From the NCBI GenBank assembly GCA_951406725.2, contig OX597833.1, positions 67,828,001 to 67,892,000 on the forward strand: DNA of 64,000 bases, in the 5' to 3' direction. This document shows, one piece after another, positions 24,517 through 38,967 of this stretch; the first letter of the stretch is position 1; every line of letters begins with the position of its first letter. The position numbers were made by a program, and so were the translations under genes. This DNA comes from Octopus vulgaris. Lineage: Eukaryota. Below the pieces are notes generated by a model, which saw nothing but the letters and a program-made list of their open reading frames with translations, ran no database searches and was not told the origin of the DNA.

Positions 24517-24680
24517 TTGATATTTACAGAAAGACAAAGACAGGCGTATCGGTTTGACGCTCTGGAAGGTGAGAAAGTATTTAGCGTTTCGAGCCTACGC
24601 TCTTCAACAGAAAGGAACACGAGGAAATAAATAGGGAGAGAATAAATAAAACTTGTGGAGTTAGCGGTCAATCATGGCGC
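24514..24680 (-). mobile_element. Minimal-HHR element, inverted relative to 24286-24441
   Basis: Reverse complement CTTT-CTGTTGA-A-GAGC-GTAG-GCTC-GAAACG. Upstream GCCATGATTGACCGCTAAC matches the 43096 copy. Confidence 0.6.
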
Positions 24681-24696
24681 TATTGTCTACTCCTAA

Positions 24697-24738
<42 letters not shown>

Positions 24739-25354
24739 TTCTGTATAAGCGTGCGCATTGCATTCCAGCTAGCACATCTTCCAAACTGGCGATATGTAAT
24801 TTCCTTCGAAGGAACGTAGCTCCCTGCGTCGGCTTTGATCCTGTAACAATTCCCGTTACAGACACCTCCCTAGTATCTACTTTGCTATTGCCCGTTAGCT
24901 CAGCTTGTACACCTTCGGAAAAACATTTCCACGAGCGCCAGTAATTAAAGTTCTTCATTAATTTGTCAACTCATGATTGATTTTCCCAACTTTACATAAC
25001 GTTTGCTGTTTCTGACATAGCATCTTCACACATTGGCTTCCATTGTGTCTAATTTTCTTGTAACTAAAACAAAGTTTCAACTAATTGATTAGTAATTTGA
25101 TTTTAACGAGACATTATGCCATTTAATAGCTTTCACAGATAATACTATAATGGTTTCCATGGTGACGTTACATGAACACGCACAAGAACATAGACATTCC
25201 AGCAATGAAACATGCAGGGAATACTTTTAACTACATTCGGCAAACGAAATAAAACTTTTATCCTCACAAATATATTCGATTTAAATGCAAATTATGTGTG
25301 TACCACTACACGTAGATAAAAGCCTTTCTAATTGTCTCTAACGTAAGTAGTACA

Positions 25355-25672
25355 TATCTGTCTGTCTATTTGCCTGTCTGTCTGTCTATTTGTTTGTCTG
25401 TTTGTGTCTGTCTGTCTATATGTCTCTCTTTCTCTATCTGTCTATCTGTCTGTCTGTATCTGTCTATCTCTCTGTATCTGTCTATCTCTCTGTATCTGTC
25501 TATCTGTTTCTATCTGTCTATTTATCTTTATCTGTCTCTCTGTCTATCAGTCTCTCTGACTATCAGTCTCTCTGCCTATCTGTCGTTCTGTCTCTCTGTC
25601 GTTCTCTCTCCCTCTGTCGTTCTCTCTCTCTCTCTGTCTCTCTGTCGTTCTCTCTCTCTCTCTGTCTCTCTG

Positions 25673-25717
<45 letters not shown>

Positions 25718-25745
25718 CTCTCTATTTGTCTGTCTATCTCTGTCT
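25355..25745. repeat. Compound (TCTG)/(TCTA)/(TC)n microsatellite
   Basis: Directly visible. Confidence 0.9.
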
Positions 25746-25749
25746 ATTT

Positions 25750-26215
25750 ACTTCAGGCCCATCACTCTGCGGATTTGAAGATTCTGGTCAAGGTGTTAGC
25801 CGAGAGGTTGGCTCTTTTCATCAAGAAACTGGTCGACAAGGCGCAAATGTGCGCCGCGTCGAGTACGACTATCCATGACCACCTCCATCTGATGCGCTAC
25901 ATCATAGACAGGGTAGTTAAGGAACCTGGTATGGGTGGTGGGGCTGATGAATTTGGATCAATCAAAAGCTTTCGATAGGGTACACCATCGCCACTTGGAG
26001 GCTGTCCTTATAGTGGCTGGTTTCGGTCCCGTCTTCCGCAGTTTGATTGCTGCCTTATACAGCGGCATCCGCTCGGTAGTTTGCGTGAATGGTCATCTGT
26101 CCAGACCATTTAACATCATGCGTTCGGTCCATCGAGGATGCTCCTTCTCGTCGCTTGTGTACGTAGTCACTCTTGAGCCACTACTGCGGAAGCTTTCGAC
26201 GTTAATGGTCATTAC
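25750..26215 (+). pseudogene. Degenerate reverse transcriptase fragment of an L1/Tx1-clade non-LTR retrotransposon
   Basis: RPIT.., ADLKILVKVLAERL, IHDHLHLMR, NLDQSKAFDRVHH, VNGHLSRPF, SVHRGCSFSSLVYVVTLEPLLRKL are RT N-terminal motifs. Frameshifts at about 25765 and 25940. Confidence 0.92.
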
Positions 26216-26345
26216 CGATACCCCCGGGCAACCCGCTGAGCAGTGCCGCAATTAGATCCCATTTCTGCGCGATACAGCCTCGTCTACCGCGACTCTGTGG
26301 CCCATGGTCCACCAACACGAGCCGTCAACCCGTCATTTGCCGGTG

Positions 26346-26389
<44 letters not shown>

Positions 26390-26392
<3 letters not shown>

Positions 26393-26510
26393 GGTGTCCA
26401 CAAAGTCTGGGTACATGGAGATTAACACATAATTTAAGAAATTATTATTTCTTATATTTGTTTGTTATGATTTTATTTACTCCATGTACCCAGATTTTGT
26501 GGACACCCTA
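26390..26510. mobile_element. Tc1/mariner-type MITE (~120 bp)
   Basis: TIRs CAGGGTGTCCACAAAGTCTGGGTACATGGAG and CTCCATGTACCCAGATTTTGTGGACACCCT; inserted in (TA)n, consistent with a TA target. Confidence 0.88.
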
Positions 26511-27114
26511 TATATATATATATATAGTGTGTGTGTGTTTGTTTATCACACCTCGACATTAATGTTCATGGAAACTGTAAGAAATTTTGTTTGAATCGGG
26601 GGTCATTTCACTATTAAATCTATCAGGTCAGTTTACAAAGTCATAAATATTTCGGTATGTAGATTAGCAGAATCGGTTGAGCGTCGAACATCATACGACG
26701 TACTTTCCCGCGTCTTTACTTTGTCATTTAGAATAATGCAAAGGCAAACATTCTAATTTCATTATTACACAAACGATGAATAAATACCAGTAATATATTG
26801 GGGTTGGATTAATCGACTAATCCCTTTCTATTTCCCGCCAAAATAGAAACCTACCAAAAACAAAAGACGAACAAAATATATTTTGGTCTTGTTTACAGCT
26901 TAGAAATCAATATTATCATTTATGTTCTATTGTCGATTCGATCGAACTGTATCTATCACGTAGATATATTGATTCGAGGCTACCCAAAACAGATCGATAT
27001 TGACTATTATATTTCAGCAAGTGTGTTACATAGTGATCTGAAAATAGATGAGGAGTTGGAGCGGCAAGACGAACGGGAAAAATTAGTTCGGATGCGTGTC
27101 TTGTCAATGGAGTT

Positions 27115-27173
<59 letters not shown>

Positions 27174-27744
27174 AGTGCAGTGTGTGCGGGATTATGAACA
27201 AAAGTACATAGCGTTTAGATTCGAAAGTGACAAGGCACCTAATAGAAGAGATGTGATTGTATGATTCTCCTTGTCATGTATTCATATGGATAAATGTAAT
27301 CCTGGATTAATTTTGTCAATAGATAATCCATTTCAGACAGACAGACAGACAGACGCTCAGTGTTGTGTGTATGTGTGTGAGAAACTGCGTGCGTGGTTAG
27401 TGGCTGTGATGTACTCTCGATCCCAAGACCTTCGCCTCGATTTACGTACAGATCGGTGTGTTGTGTTCTCTTGAGCAAGTCATTTAATTACAAGTCCTTT
27501 CATATCACGTTGCTCGAAGATCAGTTCGAGATCTGAGGTGTGAATAAAAACAAAAATTACAACGTGAGTACCTATACAGGCAATATCGATCAGATGGAGG
27601 AGTTGGCTAATGTACAGCATCAGATATATGAACGCAATAAAATTTGCCCAGGTTGTTCAACGAGAAGTTGCGGCCATTTTATCCGACCTTTATCGCTGAA
27701 GATCCACCCACTCCGACACATGTACACACACTATATATATATAG

Positions 27745-27908
27745 TTAGTGTGTTTACGTCCTGGTAGCCTCACGGTTCAGCAAAAGGACACGATAGAATA
27801 AGTACTTGGCTTACGAAGAATAAATCCTGGAATCAATTTGTTCGATTAAAGGCGGTGCTCCAGCATGGACACAGCTAAATGAATGAAACGAGTTAAAGAA
27901 TGAAGATA
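27745..27908 (+). mobile_element. Family A SINE 3' half
   Basis: GTGTGTTTACGTCC...GATAGAATAAGTAC...GGCGGTGCTCCAGCATGG. Confidence 0.8.
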
Positions 27909-28757
27909 AAATATATTCTCGAACAGGAGACCAACACAAAATGAAGGAATTAACTGTTTCTAAAGTGGTGCTTCTTGTAAGGATAGTTCTTTCGGTGAAA
28001 CGTAGTATTTTTCGAAAGTGCTATATTTTGGAATAGTATGGAATATTTGCATGGAAATGTATGAGAGGATAAATGTATGGTTGAACATTTGAAAGGTAGT
28101 AGAAGTAAGAACATAAGATTTATGGTTGCCGTGATAAAATTTAACCAGAAAATCTTTTAAATATTTTATATTTGGTAAGAAGATATATCATGCGAACATT
28201 ATAAATAATTCGAACGGGAGTTAAAACCAAACTATATATATAATATATAAAACTCTATCCATATCTGCCTATCTATCTATGCCTACCTATCTATCTATTG
28301 CTACCTGTATCTATCTATCTAACTATCTGTATCTATCTTTCCATCTGTCTTCCTCTATCTCGATTCATTTCTATAAGAAATATTCCGAGTTATGAATATT
28401 AAATACCTGATTACCTCTACTGAGCAAGGGCATAAATATGTATTTGCTTGGGAAATTATACTTAAGTTATTTCCTTTGAAATATTCAAAATATGCGGGGT
28501 GGGGTGGGTGCAGACTAAGAAAAAAAGACACTTGATGCGAAAATGGGGTCTAGATTTCGTAACATAATCTAATTATTTAAATAAAATTACGTTTCAAGTA
28601 CGTTGAAGGGCTTTTGAAAATGGAAGCCGAAGATAATGAGAATATATAATGTGGAAATAACGAGATTGATGCTGGTGTGTGTATGTATGAATACTTTATA
28701 TACACATGTATGTATATATATATATGTATGTATATGCACATACACATGCATGCAATG

Positions 28758-29025
28758 TGGGCGTAGGTGAAACTGTTTTGTAAGATGTTTGCTTTCCAGT
28801 CACATGGTTCCGGTTTCCATCTCAATCTGCGGCACCTTAGTCAAGTGTCTTCTGTAGCCTCGGACCGACTAAAGCCCTGTGTGTCGATTTCATAGATGAA
28901 AACTGAAAGAAGCCGTCGTGTGTATTGACAAACGGTGTTAGTGTGTTTACATCCCCTTAAGATAGTAGTTCAGCCGGCAGAAAAAGGCCGCAATCTGACT
29001 GAAACCGCCGGTACCAGATAAAAGA
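28758..29025 (+). mobile_element. Diverged family A SINE
   Basis: CACATGGTTCCGGTTTC...GGCACCTTAGTCAAGTGTCTTC...GAAAACTGAAAGAAGCCGTCG. Confidence 0.75.
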
Positions 29026-30872
29026 TATATTCATTGTATGTGTGCGGGATATATGCGGATGTGTACATGCTGGTGTGTGCGTATGGATAAATTTATGATT
29101 GTACGAATATATACACCTTACATTTTGTTATACAAGTGAATGTTTGAAACCCAAAGAAGAAATTGTAATCACATTGTGGTAATTGCCCCGTCCGAATCGC
29201 ACAGATTATTCCTCGGCTCTCCCGATATGCACTGAAGCTGTACTTTCCCCGCTTCAGTGTCAGTTATAAATGATTCTAGTGTTTGCAGAAGGAAAATATA
29301 AAACTATATTTGTCTGCATACACATATAAGTATGTATACATGCATGTATCTAAATATATATATATATAAATATATATAGTTGTATGTATATATGCGTGTA
29401 TATGCATAAATGCACATCTATCTGTCCCTCTATCCATCTACGTCTATTACAGTATATGATGATATAAGATACATAATGAAATGAAATATATTGGTTTAAG
29501 TAAGAGCAAAGTAGAAGAAAATTCAGGACATCTTCAAAATGCAATAAATCATATTAAAATTAACCGTAATATATATGTATATATATGTATATATATATAT
29601 ATATATACACAAACACATGCATATATGATATTGTATCTAATGCTCGTATATGACAGTGATGAATGAGCTCCTTTGCAAAAACCCGTAAAACCGAATATGA
29701 ATAAAAGAAAAAGAAAAAAGAATGATGAAGAATCCGAATAAAACATTGGAGAATGTCTCCAAGACTTTTCCCTCCATTTTGAATTCTGTCGTTTACGTTA
29801 GTGTTTGTTTGTTTGTTTGTTTGTTTGGTTGATTTTTAAAGATTTCCTTTCTGTCTTTTATTCCTCGAAACTTGATGTTGAAAAATGAGAATCTCCGATC
29901 CAAACAGCAAGATTTGATTCACTAGGTCAAAGGGGAAAAATTGTTATTTTGCACATATACGGAGGTTAATGCTAACAGGAAATACGAAGTCGTTTCCTCA
30001 ATTTTCTCACACCGTTTTATACGGATAATAATAAAAATAATAGTAATAATAATAATAATATTAGTAATAATAAATCTTGTCAGATTTGTTTCTTTTTTTA
30101 CAAAACGTGTGTATTTTCCTCCACCAAACGGTTGTAAAATCTTGTACGCATATATTTGGTGATACTTCGACCGTATGTGATAATGTGGTTAAGTGTTCAG
30201 TGCAATGGGTTTGTGATATTGAGTCTGTGAGTTTGATGACTGGATCGAAAAGTACGTTTCGATCCTGTGAATTCATTTGGAAATAAGAACCGTATTTTCC
30301 AACCTACAAGTCGAAATTTTCAGCCCAAAATTTAGTCAAAAGAAAAAGTCGAGGTCAGCTTGTACGACAAAACGTTTAAAGAACCAGAAATTCCATGTAA
30401 AGTGCAGCTGGAGTTGGAAAAATAGTGACGGTACTTGAATGTTTACACTGCACGTTTACGCTTGAATAAATTGTCGATTTATATAAGGGAAAATACATTA
30501 CGAATGTGGTGTGTTGAGCATTTTAGCCGAAGAAATCGACGCCCGCGCTTATTTTTATGCCTCTCATTTAATTGTACAGAGCTCTTTGGACCAACAACTA
30601 AGGTACACGTATGTAAATAAACCAACAGCTGCCAAGCGGTGATAGGGAGTTATAGGCACTACACAGACAAATACGCGAGTATATGTTTTCCACGACGGGA
30701 TTCCACAAAGTTTCCGTCTATCGAACAACCAGCTTCCCTCACAGAATAACAATGACTGCGCCAGCGATGATAATGATGATGAGAATGATAATGATCGGTT
30801 TGATTATATCTGTGACGACGATGGTGATGATTACGACGACCATGGCGATGATTGCAACAATGACAACGATAT

Positions 30873-31018
30873 CCGCCGTGGTCCACTTTGCCTCTCATCC
30901 TTTCGGGGTCGATAAATTAAGTACCAGTTACGCACTGGGGTCGATGTAATCGACTTAATCCGTTTGTCTGTCCTTGTTTGTCCCCTCTGTGTTTAGCCCC
31001 TTGTGGGTAGTAAAGAAA
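30873..31018 (+). mobile_element. Family B SINE 3' part
   Basis: Deu/Nin block and the tail TTTAGCCCCTTGTGGGTAGTAAAGAAA. Confidence 0.88.
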
Positions 31019-31832
31019 CGTATATAAATGATGATTATAACGTCGAAGACCGCGTCGACGCTGATAACGCTGATGACGAGAAGAACGGTGCTAAAGAAAA
31101 AAAGACAAAATCATGGTGGATAATGGAATTGCTGGTGCTGCTGCCATGACACCTGCTGTGCTACCGCTTTCTGCTGCCGGTTCAGCCACTGCTACAACTG
31201 CTATGCATGTTAATCAAATACTCTGCAGTAAAACATTGACAGAAATATAAATTACTTTTGATGCGACGAAACTTCACAGATTTTTGTCTTTGAAATTTAA
31301 TGTGGATTATTTGTGCATTTAATTGGTGTTAAAAAATATATAAAAATATAATCAAGTTTTATATACAACGGCTTAAGCAGAGATAACTAAACAGCCTATC
31401 CTCTGTCGAATCTGATATTTTACTGCTTTTAACAAACTCAATTTTCTGCACGTGTCTAAGGTCTCAAACTAGCTTAATCCACAAAATTACAAACGAGCGA
31501 GAATTTATGAGCGTACAATTAACGTTTGCGCGGATCTGCCAATAATTTTTGCGATACAAGGTTCTCGTATGTCTGTCTATTACTGATTTGTATTAGGCTT
31601 GGATATATTTCGAATTTGATATGTTTTATAAAAACCCCCGAAGCTGGAAATAAAATGTCAGAGTAACCTTTAGAAGAAGATTCAACGTTATGCATAGATG
31701 TCTATGATTTGAAGCTATACAAATGCTTATATGTATATATATACGCAGGTTATATAGCGTATATGCATAAAAGCATGCACAGAAATATGTGTAGATAAAT
31801 ATACATTACGTATATGAATATGTCTGGTTCAA

Positions 31833-31867
<35 letters not shown>

Positions 31868-31869
<2 letters not shown>

Positions 31870-32295
31870 GTGTGTGTGTGTGTTTGAATACATGTCTAGT
31901 GTGTGAATGTGGATATATACAATGTAAGTGTGCATTGTGTGTGCCTCTGTGTATATATATATATATACACACACATATGTATAATGTATGTATATATTTG
32001 ATACGCATATGTGGGTGTACAAATGTATATGTGTGTGTATATAAGAAACTTTTTTAGGTATAACTAGGTATATATATATAGTGTGTGTGTGAATACATGT
32101 GTCTAGTGTATGAATGTATATATATATATATACAGTGTAAGTGTGCGTTGTGTGTGCCTCTATATATGTATGTATATATATATATACACACATATATAAT
32201 ATATGTATATATATATATATATGATATGCATATGTGTGTACACAAATGTATATGTGTCTATAAGAAGCTTTTGTCGGTATAACTAGGTATATATG
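31868..32295. repeat. Two tandem ~210-bp copies of a microsatellite-derived unit
   Basis: GAATACATGT..CTAGTGT.TGAATGT..TGTAAGTGTGC.TTGTGTGTGCCTCT..GGTATAACTAGGTATATA occurs twice. Confidence 0.85.
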
Positions 32296-32735
32296 AAAGT
32301 GTGTAGACGTATGTATGTATGTATGTATGTATGTATGTATGTATGCGCGTGTTTGTACATCCGTGTGTGTTTCTATATACCAGCGGATATCAAGATGCCT
32401 CTCTCTTCGCATAAGGTTAACCGTTGGGGAATACGAATGTGAAGTAATGCTTAGACATGATACATAAAAGCCATGTAAAACACACACACATATACAAAAC
32501 CAGAAACACACATACACATACACACACTAGCTCTCTCTTTGTCACTGGCACACACCAATATACACACACATGCACGTATACGCTCAGGCGCTTTGATGGT
32601 TGTATGGTTTGTTAGTTTTATTCCTGAAAGAATAGTACACAAAATGTCGTTATAACCTGTTGAGGAAGTAAATGGTATTGTAAATGTCATATTGTACTTG
32701 CCATCACGATCAAAGCGAGCGTGAAACCGTATGAA

Positions 32736-32780
<45 letters not shown>

Positions 32781-32939
32781 CACGTGTGTGTGCGTGTGTG
32801 TGTGGATATAACTATGCCTGTGTACTGTAATACGTACTCATGAATGTATACTTATGTCTATATATAAATATATAGTGTATACGTGTATGTATGAAAAAAA
32901 ATATATATATATAAAAAATATATATATATGAATGAATGA

Positions 32940-32971
<32 letters not shown>

Positions 32972-33934
32972 GTATATACATGTGTGTGTATCTATGTATA
33001 TGTATGCGTGTGTGTAGCTATATTTGCATATAATGTTTATATAATTATATATGTATGAATAAATATGTATACATATAACTTTTTAATGCATGTGTAGATA
33101 TACCGTATTCATATATTTATATATGTATGAATATATATATATGTGTGTTTGTGTGAATGTGAGTATTCGTGCATATCTATTCTCAGATACATACAGAGAC
33201 ATCAATCACAAACACACACATACGCACTTATGTATATACAAACACAAATACACTTTGATGCCTGCCTATCTCCTGTTAACCTATCTACCTAGCTATATAT
33301 TTATGCGTAACCACGTCATGCTTTACGGAAATTAGTTATGTGCGTTTGTAATTAAATGACTTTGGCTGGTGCAGAAAGATGTGGTTGTATTGTGTAATGA
33401 ATGAGGGGTGATGGGTGGAGGTTGAAGTTAATGTTTAAGAGGGGGTAGCAAGTGATTTGGTATAATTTGCGAGAGACAAAAATGGCGGCGAAATGCGATT
33501 AGAACGTGAAAAATAAAACGGAATTTGGTTAGGAAAGAGTGAAGCGATGGATGGAAATATAGTGAGTGAGGGATAGTCAGAGAGGTTAAAACGAAAGTGA
33601 GAATGAGTGATGGAGAGAGGAAGGGAGATGGGAAGATGGAGGGAGAGGAGTGAAATGAGTAAAACGAAATTGATGGTTTTAGCGAGATTTAGTGGCAGGG
33701 AGAGTGAGAGATACGGGATGATGGAGGGTCGGAGGTGAGAAACTCGAGAAGGAGTCAGGTGGTTTCGTTTGCTTAACCTTTTGTCTGTCCAAAGCATTTT
33801 AAAAAGTTTGTCCTAAAGGTTCATGTTTGTTTTTACACTTCCATGCGTATTTAGTATTATAAAGCTTTTATTTTTATAAACTCCGAGTTACTGAAGCGAT
33901 TGAGAAAAAAAAGAGATATGTCTATCATATAGGA

Positions 33935-34063
33935 ACAGGAGTGGCTGCGTGGTAAGTAGCTAGACAGCTTGGGCGAGTGTCTTCTGTTATAGACAAGGGC
34001 CGACCAAAGCCTTGCGAATGGATTTGGTAGACGGAAAGTGAAAGAAGCCTCTCTCTCTCTCTC

Positions 34064-34101
<38 letters not shown>

Positions 34102-34292
34102 CATACATATATATGTGTGTGTGTCTGTGTTTGTCACTCTGCCACCGCTTGACAACCGATGTTAGTGGTTTGGCAAAAGAGACCGATAGAATAAGTACTA
34201 GGCTTACAAAGACTAAATCCTGGGGTCGATTTGTTCGAACATAGACGGTGTTCCAGCATGGCTGCAGCCAAATAACTGAAACAAGTAAAATA
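33935..34292 (+). mobile_element. Family A SINE with internal deletions
   Basis: Head, middle, microsatellite and tail motifs all present. Confidence 0.85.
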
Positions 34293-35611
34293 ATATATAG
34301 TACTTGGGCGCCAGAAAGTATATCATATGCGATACCCTGTCCTGGGTATCACCGATGGTACACCTTGCCTGTCCAGTTTGTCGTATGTAATACACAGGGC
34401 AGACAAATGTTTAACGTACAAAATTTAAAATGCTTCTTCAGTCACATGAAATAGAAGAGTTCCCTCATTCCAGCCGCCATAGACTTGATACAAATATTTG
34501 AAAACAAAATTTCGGAGGGCGACCTGTACATCTAAAGAAATTATGACACGATAGAAGAATGAATGAAATATTTCGTTTGAACACTATGGCAGAGTTAAAG
34601 GAGTAAGGCTGAAGAAAAATTCTCAAAATACTTTGAGCTTATTTTCCGTAAGTAATAATAATAATAATAATAATAATACTTCAATTTTAAAGAGCAGATC
34701 TTTTAAAGGAGAAAATTTTATTTTCAATTATAGTTTGTGAAAGCCTAAACGATATAGAGTTTTGTAATCGCGTTAAAGGAGCTTTGCGTGTTACGTAAAT
34801 TCCACAAACTAATGAGGATTTGAATCGATTTCGGGTTTAGCAAGGTTTCGATACAGAACATCTCTTAACTTTGTGGATTTGGTCTTTAGTGAAACGAGCC
34901 TAAATATGTTGAAGGAGAAGAAGAGGTAAAGAACAGTACCAGCCCGATCACCACCCCACCACCACATCTACTACTACTACTACTAAGCAAGAGCGAGATG
35001 GCGCTGCTTCGAAATGTTACGACAATGGCCTTACACGCAATCGTATATTTGAGACCCAAACACGATAATACATACATACGTGATTAGATATATAAAACAT
35101 ATTTCTACTTGCATTATATATGTGTGTATATATATATATATATATGTATGTATCTATGCTGATATGTATGCTTATGTATCTATGCTGATATGTATGCTTA
35201 TATATATATGTATATGCATATATATATGTAACTATGCTTGTATGTATGCTTATTTATATATGTATATATATGCTTATCTATATCTTTATATATATATATA
35301 TATAAATTTGTATGCTACTGCCATTTGTATGTGTACGATATCTGTATCGTATAATAAAGCGGTACTATATAGATTACTTCTGCGGTAGACCGTCTCTCCA
35401 TTATACATTTTCCAAGACATTGTTTAGCAGAGTTTCTGATGTTAATCATCTCCACACACACACACACATATCAATCAACGAACGATATCGTATAGATGTG
35501 GATTTCGGCATAATCTACTTTGCCAATCATCTTACTACGTGTCTGTCTCTCTTTGACTCTGTGTCTCTGTCTTTGAATCCCTCTCTCTCTCTTTGACTCT
35601 CTCGCTCTTTT

Positions 35612-35648
<37 letters not shown>

Positions 35649-36065
35649 CAAATCAGGTTGTATTTAATCATATTTTGCTTAATACGCTTTGACGAAAACA
35701 TGCAAAAGAAAATGGTGTAAAGACGTCATACCATTCTCCAGGAATATCTTTATTAATTCTTTTGGTATTGCAATATCGAGCAACGCTGTCATAGGTTGCT
35801 ACTGGTATTTTCTCTTCTCTATAAGTAAGTACACATATCCGATCACTGTGTGCATATATAAGTGTGTGTGTGTGTGTGTATATATATGTACACACACGCA
35901 CACACATATATATATATACACAGATACACATATATACATACATATATACATATAAAGCTACAGTAACACCCCCTCCCCTATGTGGTTAGCCATGTTAAGA
36001 TGGCTTCTATACTTTATATATATATATATATATAATACATGCGCGCGCTTATGCATTCATATTTT

Positions 36066-36103
<38 letters not shown>

Positions 36104-36990
36104 CATATGTGTGTGTGTACATGTATGTATGTAATATGTGTGTACATGTATATATGTAATATGTGTGTGTATATGTGTGTGTACATGTATATAAGTGTGT
36201 GTATATGTATGTGCACATGTATATATATTTATGTGTGTGTATATGTATATACGTATGTGTGTGTACCTGCATGTATATATATGTGTGTGTACGTGTATAT
36301 ACGTATGTGTGTGTACCTGCATGTATATATATATGTGTGTATGTGTAACTATATATACATGCACGTGTAGGTACGTGTGTGTGTTTGTATTTATAGGAAT
36401 TGTGTATATGACTGTGTATATGCATATGTACATATATGTGTATATACGTTCACATCTATATATCTGTGTGTGTGTTTGTGTGTGTATGTATATATATATA
36501 TATATATATAAATCTGTGCTCGTATATATGGCTGTGTTTAGGTATGCGTGTGGCTTGTTTTTATCTTTACCGTTAGCAGTTTCCAATTTTCAGCTATAGA
36601 CTTTCAACAATAATAGATTAGCGAATGAATTTTCTGTTGGCACGACGAACGTCATGCAATGGCGACTGTAAAACCGATTTTACTTCTCTCCGCGCTTCTT
36701 AATTCTTCTCCTCCTCTTCCCATTCCTCCTACATTTTATCATATTTATCTTTATGAGTATAATCAAGATAGTCGTCGTCGTCGTCCTCATCATCATCATC
36801 GATGTGATCAATGCTATCGTTTCTAGTAGTTCTTCGCATTAATTTTGTTATTTTCGCAAATTTAATCTCCTCGTAAGGTCACGTGGTGCAAGCGACTTAT
36901 ACGTGAATCGTGGTCTGATCCGTCGTTCATTGTAGTGCTGCGTCTTTCCGGATTAAAGAACTGGAAACGGAGAAAGTTCTCTCACGCAAA

Positions 36991-37040
<50 letters not shown>

Positions 37041-37764
37041 TAAATACACACACAAACTCACATTCACACACACAAGTGTGTTTCTGACGCTGTAATGATG
37101 ATTTCGAAGTGAATACTCCAATTTCTCGTTTCGATTTTCCTGTGCGACATCTTCAAACTTTAGCTTCTACCCTTGCCTAGGTGCTTCTAATTTTTCTGGG
37201 CCAAATTTGATATACAGACTTTGTACGCAAGCGCATTTAAATGTACGTATTATTAGATGTTCGACGTAAGATTGCAGAAGTGTGGCGTCACAGAAACACA
37301 GCTTTGTTGCTTTCCTTCATATTTTCATATCGTTTGTTTCAGTTTCCAAGGCTTTCTCTTGAAGGATTGACGATTAAAATTTATTCCACGATAAACTCTG
37401 TCACATTTGCCCCATGACTTCAATCAAAGAAGTCAGAAATAAAATGAATGTGTGTGAATAAAGAACACGTCTGAAACGGCTGTAGTGAACTCTAACCCAT
37501 CCCTATTACTATATATATATAATCCTGTTTATAAAGGTACCCCAGGGAAACGGGCAGCCTACCTGCTTGTATACTCTACAAATCCACTATCAATGGGAAC
37601 CTAGAGCTACTAATTTGCATATCGTGTTAACACTATTTTTAAATATCAGTGGCCTGTCAGAGGGGATCTCAGTCCAAATAATATCGAGGTGTGATATGAT
37701 ATATATAACCTATATGTGTGTGTGTGTGCGTGCGTATATATTTGTGTGTGTGCATATGTTTATA

Positions 37765-38143
37765 TTTTGTTTCAGTCATCTGACTGCGGCCATGCTGGAG
37801 CACTGCCTTTAGTCGAACAAATCGACCCCAGGACTTATTCTTTGTAAACCTAGTACTCATTCTATCGGTGTCTTCTGCCGAACCGCTAAGTTATGGGGGA
37901 AATAAGCACTACAATATCGGTTGTCAAGCTATGGCAGGGGGACAGACACAGACATACCAACAAAAATGCACACACATATATGATGGGATTCTCTTAGTTT
38001 CCGTTTACCAAATCCACTCACAAGGCTTTGGTCGGCCCCTGTCTATAGTAGGAGATAGTTGCCCAAGGTGCCACGTAGTGGGACTGAACCCGGAACGATG
38101 TAGTTGAGAATCTCGCTTCTTACCACACAGCCACTTCTGCGCC
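37765..38143 (-). mobile_element. Family A SINE
   Basis: Full reverse-complement match. Confidence 0.88.
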
Positions 38144-38191
38144 TGTATGTGTATATATATATATATATACACACACACATACATATACTTA

Positions 38192-38470
38192 TCACTGCGT
38201 GGCACCTTGGGCAGGCGTTTTATATTATACCCTCGGGCTGCCTTTGGTAGACGGAAACCGAAGGAAGCCCATCATGTAGATGTTCTTTTGTCTGCGTTTA
38301 TCCTTCGCCTCGGCTTGACAACCAGTGCTGGCATATTTGGGTCTCCGTAACTTAGCGGTTCGGCAAAAAAAAAATCCCCGATGGAATAAGTATTAATCTT
38401 AAAAACGTGTACCGGGATCGATTCGTTCGACTAAAAATTCTTCAACGCATGACTGAGAGAAGTGAATGAT
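38192..38470 (+). mobile_element. Family A SINE (diverged), inverted relative to its neighbour
   Basis: CACTGCGTGGCACCTTGGGCAG...GGTAGACGGAAAC...CGTAACTTAGCGGTTCGGCAAAA. Confidence 0.8.
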
Positions 38471-38967
38471 AAAATATAAGAATATAAGCATGTTTGTGTG
38501 TGTGTGTGTACACATGTATGTGCAAACAAATGATACCTTCCTCCCTATACGTACGTGCACGCGCCTAGACGCACGCAAACATGCATTCAGTCGACGCGTC
38601 TTTAGATACGGCTTTTCAAGATAATATTTATAGTTTATTTTACACACTTACAACACGATCGATATTCTCTAGAAAGCTGCACGCATTCTAGTCCCAACAC
38701 ACACAGAGAAAACATAGGAATACACACACACGGAGACGATCCTTGAGGCACGTACGAACCTAAATATACACGCACACACTTGTGTTCACATTATTAAGCA
38801 GGTAGAATGTTAAGGAAAATGGAAAATATGACCTAAATAAAGTTTATCGATTGATGGAGGTTCACTTATCACTTTGAAGCCTTTAGGAAAAATGTGAAGT
38901 TCTCCTAGCTTTAAATTTACTGCGTTCCTTAAAGGAAACGAAGATCTTTAAGTAGACAGATAAACAT

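Noticed and set aside
24680-24958. 92-aa minus-strand ORF in unique sequence
   Set aside because: No recognisable motif or clear splice boundaries; ends in (CA)n.
37505-37570. Tiny Helitron-like signature (TACTATATATA...CCCAGGGAAACGGG...CTTGT)
   Set aside because: Ends too degenerate to support the call.
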